Position numbers and translations under genes: made by a program
In this document: one piece after another, positions 14,504 to 30,198 of the stretch
How the letters are laid out: each line of letters opens with the position of its first letter
How positions within the stretch are numbered: the stretch's first letter is position 1
Source: Auanema rhodensis
Lineage: Eukaryota > Animalia > Nematoda
NCBI GenBank assembly: GCA_964057225.1
Contig: OZ059897.1
Location: 8,990,001-9,054,000, forward strand
Reading direction: 5' to 3'
DNA length: 64,000 nucleotides
Notes under the pieces: generated by a model
What the model was told of the DNA's origin: nothing
What the model saw: the letters and a program-made list of their open reading frames with translations, nothing else
The model's database searches: none

Positions 14504-15115
14504 TTTCAATATTCTTCATTCTATTTTCTTTAAACTGTATTTTAATCTCTATTTCCTATTCGAACACATGCAAGTGAGTAAGTAGAACTTTGATTTAGAT
14601 CGCAATAGCTCATTATTGTAGTGACAAAAATGACGTTTCTGATTAAATTCATGACTTTTGCAGCTCCTCCCACTAAATTGAAGTGGACCATTTGTGGGTC
14701 CCGCCTGTATATCGTTCTTTTGATGGTCCGAAGATCCAAAAGACGAGGAAAGAATGTGGGCGTTCCAGGACCTAAATGATTCGAAATCTGGTTCCATTTA
14801 TGTTTCATTCTCTTTTCGCCTTTTTTTTCTTGTTGTGTACCTATCTTATTCCAACTTTTTACTATTCATTCAATATTATTTTTTGGATTTCTACCTCTCT
14901 TACCTTTGCTGTATTTTCTGATTTTGCGAACTCTCTCCTATTAGTTTTCTACATGCCATCACTCTCTTTACAAAAATATTGTATTGACTTCGTTGTTGTC
15001 TTCTTGCTTTTCTTCTGAATTCATGAAAGATGATGAAGGTGGGAGGAGCTTAGATTGATTATTGGTTGTTTAGGTAGGCGTGGTTATCATACACAACCAA
15101 CTGTCCTTTGTGAAC

Positions 15116-20328
<5,213 letters not shown>

Positions 20329-20550
20329 TTGGGCTCAAAAATAATTAACATTCTCTCAGAAGTGACATGATATATATGTATACGTATTTAGAAATCTAAC
20401 CTTCATTAAACTTGTCTTGCTTTATTGTGATTTCTCATTACTACAGGTGACAAAGTCCCATGTAAATGTATCCAATGTATTGGCTATGAATAAAGTTTGA
20501 AAATGCTTATTGTATTGTAAAAATATAAACATATACAAAATACCCAAGTA

Positions 20551-21133
20551 TCACTGATTTGGCGTGCTTTGCTGCTGAGCAACACCTGTACCTGCATTTG
20601 CATCTCTTTCCTCATCGCCTTGAATCCGAGGAAAGACTGCTATTATAGGATTTCCATTTGCAGAATTTGCGGGAACAAAGGTGGTAAGACATCCCTGAAA
20701 TAATAAAAGTTCAATTATGAAACCGGAATACATATGGAAAATTGACAACAATAATGAAAAATGCAAACATGAAGTGTGAAGTGTGAAGAAGAAAAAGAAA
20801 ATGATGTTCAATCAATAATAGAAAAATAAAAATCACAAAACAAAAAATTTAAAACCTGAGTTTCCAAGGAGAGAACTAGACTAACACTTCTGGAATCGGA
20901 GCATTGTGGTTGATCCTTATTAGTATGTCTGGCATTATTGTTGCTGAAAATTGAATTATTTCATTAAATTAAATCGAATTATTCTAACTTATTTTTTAAC
21001 ATCAACTGACGCGACTTCTGAACATCATCTAAAAACATAACTGAAAATAATTCATCATAACTGAACTATGAAGCATAAAATTTTAAAATACGAGTAATAA
21101 AGCTTACATGAAGCAACCTCGCTCCGTTCTCAT
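20551..21133 (-). CDS. Small orphan protein (85 or 93 aa) with two alternative first exons
   Basis: Shared exons 20943-20856 and 20694-20551 both have ttttcag/tttcag acceptors and keep an open frame. First exon is either 21038-20989 (MFLDDVQKSRQLMLKN) or 21133-21108 (MRTERGCF); both end in phase 2. Confidence 0.6.
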
Positions 21134-21139
21134 TATCGA

Positions 21140-21426
21140 CTGGAATGGGAAAGTTAAAAATTTGAAATTCGCGCTACATTGAGAATTTCGCTACGAGACT
21201 GCTACAAGGCGCATCAGCTGCTTTCATCAGGCACATGTCGTTCGATACGCAGGGAAGTCATTCCTTTGAATATATATGATTTTATTAAAAAATTTTTCTT
21301 TTTTTGTCGAGTTTATGGATGAATTTGCTTAATTTTCCTATTATTAAGTGTAAAATTAGCTATTGTAGGGGTCCTGTATTATGGACTATTGACTTGGTAC
21401 AAAAACAGAGAAATTTTGATACCCAG
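21140..21426. promoter_or_regulatory. Short bidirectional promoter between the orphan gene and vig-1, with a CHR/E2F-like motif TTTGAAATTCGCGC (21161-21174)
   Basis: Divergent genes about 330 nt apart. A locally CpG-rich patch carries adjacent TTTGAA and TTCGCGC, resembling LIN-54 and E2F (DREAM) sites. Confidence 0.5.
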
Positions 21427-21461
21427 ACAAGCTTCCTGCACTTGTTCACTTCTTCATAACA

Positions 21462-22890
21462 ATGGTTGAGTACGGTTGCAATGTTGCCAATAAATTTGGC
21501 TTCATGTCCGATGATGACGGTATATTCTAAGATTATCGAATAGAATTGAAGTTTTTGATTTAGATGTCGAGGATCCACAGGAGCTAATCAGCAAGGCTGC
21601 TAAGGCTGGAGCTGAAAAAGCTGCCGCCCAGAAGAAAGCTGACAAGGACGCTGCGAAGCCAGCCCCGTCTAAGGACGTTGTGAAATCCACTGGTAAAAAC
21701 TTGTGAATAACTTGATTTAAACTTATATTATTTTTTAGCCACTGGTAAGGAAAATAACCGTCCTTCTACTGCTGAACGTGGACGTGGTGGACGCGGACGT
21801 GGGCGCGGAAATGGAGCTCCTAGAACACCAAGAGAAGGCGCTGATGTTTCTGATCGCTTCGGGGAAGGTGGACGTGGTCGTGGTGGCCCTCGTGGTCGTG
21901 GAAACCGTCCTTTGTAAGATTTAACTTTTTTTAAATATTATTATAATTTTTATAATTATAGCCGTGGTCGTGGCGGTAATGTCAATACCTCTGATGCTCC
22001 TAAGGAGGTCTCTTTCGAGGAAAATAACCAAGAAGTCAACGCCGAGGGTAATTTCTTATTCTGTTCCATTGTTTTATTTATTTTTTTTTTGTAGGCGGCC
22101 GTGGACGTCGTGGTGGACGTGGGTTCGGTGGTGATCGTGGTAACTTTGGCGATGCTGTCGGTGAGATATATTTATCGGCTATTCGTTGTAAATATGTTGT
22201 AATTTCAGGACGCGGAGGACGTGGTGGACGTGGTCGTCAATTCGAACGCCACTCTGGATCTGATCGTACCGGTGTTCGTGGCCAAGAGAAGAAGGATGGT
22301 CACGGAAAAGGAAACTGGGGAACTGAGAAGGTGAGTAACATTGTTATTAAAGATTTTTTAAAAATTTTGATTTCAGGACGAGATCGTTGCTGAAACTGAA
22401 AATGTAGAGAAGGAGGAGGCCACTGAGCCAGAGCAACCCCGTGAGAAGACCGAGGAGGAGATTGCTTACGAAGCTGAGCTTGAGCATTTCAACAAGCTTA
22501 AGACCCTCAAGGAATTCAAGGCTGCTCAACAGGTATATTGCTTTTCTTTGCTTCAGTTTTTTATGTTCGGTCTTGTAGCGTTCCGCTCCATCCTTCAAGA
22601 CTCGTCAAGCCGGAGAAGGAACTGAGGAGAACTTCGGAAAGCTTGTTCCATTGAAGAAGGACATCGTCGAAGAGAAGGAAGACGAAGTTATCATCGTCCG
22701 TAAAGAAAGCAACAAGAAGCTCCTCGACATCAACATCCAATTCGCTGAGACCGGACACCGTGGTAGCCGTGGTGCCCCCCGTGGCCGCAACAGCGGACCT
22801 CGCGGAGGACGTGGACGTGGTGGCCACGGTCGTCAATCTGCTCCTTTCGATGCTTCTCTCGAAGCTTTCCCTGCACTTGGTGCGAAGTAA
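21462..22890 (+). CDS. vig-1: VIG-1 / SERBP1 RGG RNA-binding protein (HABP4_PAI-RBP1 domain)
   Basis: N-terminus MVEYGCNVANKFGFMSDDDDVEDPQEL, many RGG/RGR repeats, RQFERHSGSDRTGVRGQEKKDGHGKGNWG, KTLKEFKA and C-terminal EAFPALGAK. Codon usage is strongly biased, as in highly expressed genes. Confidence 0.93.
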
Positions 22891-23494
22891 GGAACCATCA
22901 TTCGTTCTTCTTGGCATTAATGTCAATATTGCCAATGGTCTGCTTCCTCTCTGGTTTAGCCACCCGCTTATTTAGTTTTTTAGCCTCATGATGAATAGTT
23001 ATTTGTTGTTAGCCAATCGATCTCAAAGAAGATGACCAGAAGTACCCTGGAAGTCTTTTTCGGTGGCTTTGCTTGTTTGTTTTCTTCCTGATCTTGCTAT
23101 TAATCTCTCTAGCCTGATGTTAGTTGTAGCTATACCTGATGTTGAGGGTGCGGACTGAATGTTGTTTTGTTTTTAATTTTGTTGAGAAGAACTTGAGGAT
23201 AAGTGTGACTCATTTTATTCTTACTTTTGAGCGTCCCTGTACTAACAGGATCTGCTTTAATAAAGTTTTGTTGTTACCCGAGATGTTGGTTTGCTAGTGG
23301 TGGGAATTGATTTGGTTGAATTTTTTGTCATTTTGATTCCAGTGGTATCATCTTTCCTATTTGTTCTGACGGCTCGGTGTGTGCATCACCCCGTCAAAAT
23401 TGGTCAGTTAGCTGCTATTTGACCTGTGTTAGTCCGGCACAAACCCACTATTCGATCCTATTCTATGCGTTTTAATATGATTGATATTCTAAGA

Positions 23495-24605
23495 ATGAAC
23501 GTTTTATTAATTCTTCTATTACCTTTGCAATCTTTGGCTTTCATAATAGGAGGCTGTATTGGCCCCAAATCAGTTCTGGAAAAATATTTGACTACTGACG
23601 ATCGCCGTGAGTTACGTCGGTTAGTTCACACAGAATTCGATGGCTCCAACGTAGAACAGGTGAGAACGCTGAAATTGAATTTCAGCTACACGTTGTAACT
23701 GTTGTGCTTTTAAGATTTTACAAAAGATTAACACATTTGTGTATTCGAAAATCACTCACGAGCAATGGAGATCAATTGTTCCTCACATTAAGGTTGTTAT
23801 CCAATCAAATACTGTGAAAAGTTTTCCGTCTTTTCACTTTGTAGTGTGACTGACGTCGCTCACCTATGTACATTTTAGCAATATCAAGAAAAAAGATATG
23901 ATTGCTCAATCTATGCTCAATTGCTTCCGACGGATATCTATAGAAGTTTAATGGTTTGTCTTTTCGCATTGCAATATATTTTTTCTATCTTTTCTCAGCA
24001 ATCTGTATATAGGGCAACAGAGACAGGAGCTTCTAAGTTTGATATTAAGAGATTGGTAGAAGACTATTTAGATCGTCTTAATAAAGCTGGAAAACTGCAT
24101 CTGAAAGTTAGCGCATCTGCTAAAACAATTTCAGAACCCAAACCACATGTACTAATGTACTTCCGCCTTTTTCACGCTTTCTTATTTTGATGTTAAAGTG
24201 AACGGCCGATAGCAAGACCAAGGATTAGTGAACCATCACCGCACTTTAGAAGCTTGGGACCTTTTAGGCCCCCAACGAATGAGAACAGTCAATCGAGGTA
24301 TTTTGTGTTGGGACGCTATTGCATTTGTAATATCTCATTATTATAGAGGTCCTCCAGCTGTTGTCCCCAGAATAACTCCGTTCATTACACAGCCTACATT
24401 TCCTCTAGTGGAGCCGTGAGTTTCTTGAACTGAGATTACCAAAAATTTATGGTCTATGGCGAGAGCTCTCATAAAATTAAATTAAATTTGTTTACTTTCC
24501 GGGAATATGCCAAGTTACAGATTTTCTTCTGCAACTGCTCAACGGCTTCGATATAAGCCTTCTAATAGATGGTCTTCGTCAAATTATTATTCGGGTTCAA
24601 GCTGA
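23495..24605 (+). CDS. Secreted helical protein resembling one nematode polyprotein allergen (ABA-1/NPA) unit, with a Pro/Arg-rich tail
   Basis: Signal peptide MNVLLILLLPLQSLA. Seven exons stay in frame: EKYLTTDDRRELRRL..ILQKINTFV..C..ETGASKFDIKRLVEDYLDRL. The family assignment is by visual similarity only, and the last exon is less certain. Confidence 0.65.
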
Positions 24606-26140
24606 TTTCAAATTAAGGCTGTTCAAAAAAAGCAACTTGCAAGTTCTTTAGTCTTATCCACTGGCTACCATGAGAACATAGCACCGAGCTCACTTCATAT
24701 TTGATTCCGAGACATTTTTATGAAAACATGCTAAAAGTTATTTCGAGTTTCATCCTTGAAACTACTAATTAACGTCGTTGACGTTGCTCGTCTCAAAATA
24801 TCCATTTCTTGGAACACTTGTAAAAAATTGTAAAATGATCATATTGCTATAAGTTGCTTCAGGCAATTCCAAATATTGTTTCGTCAATTCCTAACTGAGT
24901 TTTTTTTCTTTTTGCGTTAATATTTTTGAGATGAAACAATATTGTAGCTATGTTGAAAGATTTTTTTCGCCTAAAGCGTTTGCTTTAGATATATCATTTT
25001 GTTATTTTTTTGAATATTAGCATACTTTCTGACTATTGTTTTCTTCAATTTTGCTAATTTGTTACACAATATATCGAGAATATACAACATAATATCATAA
25101 AGATTTTTTTCTTATTTTGTGCTTAAAAACTTCTTATTGGTTTCCAGTTTTTTAGTGGTCAGACTTCAATTTCTCACCTAGTCATGTTCACTGTGCAGTT
25201 AAGCTTCTTCATTTACACTCATTTTTCTGTTCTTTCCGTTTATAGAATAACGAAGCAAGATCTTTGTGTTAGTTCAAAAAGAATAGAAAAGAAAAAATAA
25301 AAAATGAGCAAAAGAAGAACATTGATGAAATACATGAAAGGCAACCGCTCCGTCTGTTCAGTGTAAATAAAAATGAATTCTAACAAAATTTTCTCACGTG
25401 AAAATGGAAACATTGATATGACCTTCAATTTTTTTCCATTTCTGCAAGACAAATTTAGAAGAAACTGCTTTTACATTCATATACTTTGAATAAATCATGG
25501 TGAAGAGAAGCATAATCATATAGCAAATCAGAAATTTCAATGAGGACTTATGTGATTAAAGCTGTATTCAAAATCTATTTCAGAAAATGTCATCATACTT
25601 AGTATATTTTATGTGTTATAGGCGCTTAATGAATTAAAAGCGATTTACTTTGGGCTACAATTTCAATATTATCAACAAACTAAATGCTATGCTTCGAAGA
25701 TGAAGCTGCCAGCTATGTTATAATTTCTTTTATTCGAGAATTAGAATTTAAATAATTATTTTTGATTTCATAAGCTATATTTCTGTAATTTTATTTATTT
25801 TCTCTCTTACTACTCTGCATGTGTATTATTCATAAGCGTCGATTAAGGTGAAATAATTAAAAGAATTAGATTGATGTTGGCTCCAACTACGTATACTGCA
25901 ACATATATTCGAAACGTAGCTTCGATCTCAATATGTATTCTTTAAATACTATTCTTGAATCTAGTTTAGTCATCATTTTCTTGTCCTCGTTTCAATTGTT
26001 GTGAACCTCGGCTCTTAAGCTACATACATATATATTCTCAAATTGCTGAATACATACATGAATATTCTCAGAAGTATATTTGTATTTAGTTTTAAAAGGT
26101 TTATCTTGAAAATCTTCTTCAAATATTTTTTTTCAGCAAC

Positions 26141-28125
26141 ATGAATCCAACCGTTAACTTCATTTTTGATGAATATGTGGTATACATGATGATAGCAATT
26201 GGTATATTCTCTATTATGGTTAACATCTTTGCAATACATGTAATATTGCATAAATCAACAAGACATATGATACCTTACAAATGGCTGCTCCTTCATGTGA
26301 CTGTAAGATATTTTTTGCATCCTCCGCATTTCCTGTTTGCCTCTGGAACAAGACTCAGATTTAGCTTGTTATATATGCTGAACATCGAAAGCTAATTAAT
26401 ATCTTCCGGAAAGTAGTCAAGCTCAACTTATTTTTAGAAGTATGCAGTCTTGAACGCATACACACATCATTTCTTCATCATCTTTCTCTCAACTCTCATC
26501 TCGAAAACGAAATTTTATTGAAAACATTCCGGAAGCTTTAACCTAATGAAAGTGAAATTAACCTAGATAAACCGTGGATGTTTCAGTTAGCATCGGCTTT
26601 TACGGATATATTCATTTCGGTTCTGTTAGCTCCTATTCCAATATCTAATGCTGTCGGAACGAAAATGTATGGCCTTTTGGGACGTCTATTTCCTGATCAA
26701 GGCAGACTTTTTTGTGTATGTCTTTCATCCATCTTTTCTAAAAATTAATCTTTCATAAGAAATATTTCCAATGGGTTTTCTTTTTGATTCTTCTGTTTTG
26801 CAACGAACAAGAATATCAAATTCTAAAATGGATCTAATCATTATTAATTGCATATGAATTGGAAACATGAGAGAATATATGCTGAAAACGTTTAAAATAT
26901 TGAACTTGTTGCAGGTTTTATTAATAATTAGCATCGGATATATGATTTTTTCAAATTTATTATGTTTTGAATATAGATTATACTTGCTGACAACGGTTCA
27001 ATATAAATGGATACATAAGTGGGCTGATGTTAGCTTTCATATACATTCAGTCAATTGTTATAGATATCTTATCATCATACTATTTTTGACAATTCAAGCC
27101 GTAATCGGCTCAGCAATGATCTATTGGCCAGCTCTTTCACCAGAATCACAAGTTCGGGAATATGCTCGTATTGTTAGTTTACTAAAAGAAGAAAAAAAGA
27201 AGACAATTCCATTGAATTTAATCTTTAAGCAGCTTAACATAACATCACCTGATATAGCATTATGGATAATTTTACCCCAAAACTATGAAGCTAATAGTAG
27301 ATGGGCAACGTACTGCATTACCTATATTCTCTGCATATATTTTGTGTTTGGAGTGATAACTATTATTTCATATAGGTTAGTTTTTCAATTTTCCTCTTAT
27401 TTTGCATAACCTTTGCTGTTTCCAAAAAAAATAATTTGCACGTTCTATGTGCTCCATTCGAATCATTGAACGCACAGAGAGCGACTGCATTCGATCAAAC
27501 AGTTTCAAATTATTTCTACAATCCTTGCTCGCGGATCAAAACACAGCTCAGTTGTATAACTCAAAAAACATTCCATAATTATGAATAAAACTAGTTTATT
27601 TTACTCTGAAATTGGCACAAGAATTTTATGTATAATTTTCAGAATTTTGCACAAAATGGGTGGCATGTCCAAGAGAATAGTGGCGAATCATACTATGCTA
27701 TTACGATCATTAATTATGCAGGTAAGGACATTATATATAGAATGAACTAATGAGGCAATTGAAATTCCAGACTGTTATTCCTTTTCTAACATTTGTTTTT
27801 CCGTTTTTTATTATTGGTTTAGCTCAAAAACTCAAGCAGAATCCAGGTTTGCTCAATAGAACACTGTGCAAAGATACCTTTCTAGCTTCTAGAAACGATC
27901 CGCTACGCTAGATTGTGTTCTGTGCCTGGAATGATCATGCTATCACACTACTCGGTGTCGCATGTAGCTGTGATGCTTGTATACACAACCCCGTATAACG
28001 AATATTGCCATGAACTAATCAAACGAATTTTCCGACGAAAGAATACAAAGCACTTCGACGCCGACATAACAAACTTGCAAGAGGAACTTACGGTGCAAGG
28101 AAAAGATACAAATGTCAACACATAG
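26141..28125 (+). CDS. Serpentine 7TM chemoreceptor (Str superfamily, Srh/Sri-like), 7 exons
   Basis: Hydrophobic segments with motifs KSTRHMIPYKWLLLH, FTDIFISVLLAPIP, CFEYR, MSKRIVANHTMLLRSLIMQTVIP and VYTTPYNEY. The frame is intact through all exons. Confidence 0.85.
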
Positions 28126-28312
28126 CAATTTCCAGATTAAGAATGATTATCCTTAGTTGTTTATGCTATTGAAAGCTAGGCAATTACATTGTACTAATAC
28201 TAGATTTACAAATTAAACTTAATAGAAATTTAATCACTGAGCAATTCTGGCGAGAAAAAAAGACCCGCATTCAACAATGAATGTACATATAAAAATTACT
28301 AGTAAGTAAGCA

Positions 28313-30198
28313 TTAACTATTAAATAATAGTTCTTGAGATATTTTATCAAAAGACACAATTTTGAAAAGACGCATAACCTGAAAATATATGAAAACTAAG
28401 AAAAAACAAAAGAAGTAACAAACCTGATAACTTTCAAGCATGGCTGATGCAGCTGATATAACTGAGGAAATCATAAGAACTACATTACCAAATCTTTCTA
28501 AAAGATAACCGTAAGGTTTAAAGATTTAAACTTTAGTAATGCAAACCTGCATAATCATTGATGCCTAAACGTTTATAATGTGCAAATAAAGAATGTATAA
28601 CTTTATCTCTAAACATCAGAACTACTCTTCGAGTTTGCTCTGATATATCAGAATATTCTTAATTAAAATCATTAACTTTTCACAGAATATGAAAATAATT
28701 ACCTGAGTGACGACCGTAATTAAATAACATGATTATTTTCAAAACAACTAGTTCCTCCGGGCTAAGCATAAGTTTTCTGAACGGACTTGCAACCTTAAAA
28801 CATAATGTTAACATGCTTCTTTTACGTCAAAAGTACATACGCCATCAATACAGCTATCTGTCATCTGCTTATACAGTTTTTCCTGTCTCCATTTTCTATC
28901 TTCCGAAATAGAAACCTACAAATACGACGGAGGATTATGTGAAAATTCTAAATCAAAGAAAACTTACTTTGCTTTCTTCGGGCAACACATCGAAATTTCT
29001 GGGCATACAAGTTCCATTTGAAATGAGCCAAACGTCGTCAACATCAGCTATAGCCGTATAGTAACCGTGTTCCAAAACCAAATGAAAAACAGCATACCTC
29101 TAGAAGAGAGCAAATATTGTTTTTCGTACTAGAAAGAGAGCAGGTACTTTAATGATGGTTAATCTATCTTCTATTGAAATTGAGTTATAACATGGCAAAG
29201 ATTGTATCCATTCTAGCATAGCAAGAAATTCTGTTTGAGTGACGTTGGATATATCACTAGCCAATATAATCGTCAGACGAGAATGTTTTTCAATCTGAAA
29301 AAAGCATGATTATCGAAGAAAACACCAAAAACTAACAGTTTCACACGTTTTTTTATTAACAGTAAGGTTTAATGCACTTTGCTTGGCCTTCACAATTTCG
29401 TATTTTTTAGATCTGCAATTAATAACTGTTACTTTTATTTTAGCTTGAAAGTGTGCTCACCTAATTCTTTCATCCATTAAAGTTAACCTAGAGATTATAG
29501 TCAGTAACTCATCCGCTTCGGGACTGACTGTAGATCCAACGGAAGAGGCAAACCTGCAGTTTACGCGTCGGCAGCCGATCAAATCACGGCGAGGTTGTAA
29601 TGCTATGATAGACAAAACGTGAAGTAGTAAATTTATAATGATGAGTACCTTCTTTTGTCATTCCTACATCCATACATCTTTTGTACCTACATCCTCTACA
29701 AGCCCGTCGAGTTCGTTTAATAATATCACACGGAGGTTCTCTTCGACAAACAGTTGTTTGCCTTTGAACTACTGCTCTGAAATTTGTTGAAAATTTCAAT
29801 GTTTCCAACCATCAACAGTTCAAAAAGCATTAAAGTCAATGCAAACAAAAAAAAACAAAAAAAAGCTTCCAGGGACCATTACCTTCGAAAAAATGTTTTA
29901 CAACCCAAGCATGAGACTACACCATAATGTTTTCCAGCTGACGGCTCACCACATATCAAACAAGTTTTAATATCCTCTGAAGGGTGCATTTTTTATATAA
30001 AAAAAACATTCAAATTTTTCAGTACACTATAGTGATGTGAATGAAACAATGAATAGAAGTACAAATAAAAATAAAAATATCTAAGAAATTTTAATTTAAT
30101 ATAAAAAAACTAAGCTATTAACCAATCAGTAAATTTTGAAACTTACTTTTAATATCATCGCCAATAATAGAATTTAAGCTAATCAGACCTGTGGACAT
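28313..30198 (-). CDS. Nuclear hormone receptor of the nematode HNF4-derived expansion, with DBD and LBD
   Basis: DBD reads [73 protein letters not shown] contains [27 protein letters not shown] and ERFGNVVLM, ending [12 protein letters not shown]. Confidence 0.93.

Noticed and set aside
22347-22935. - strand ORFs over vig-1
   Set aside because: Antisense shadows of a codon-biased coding sequence.
22988-23139. Possible C/D snoRNA (ATGATGA ... CTGA)
   Set aside because: It lies in the exonic vig-1 3'UTR before AATAAA, the terminal stem geometry is poor, and I recognise no rRNA guide.
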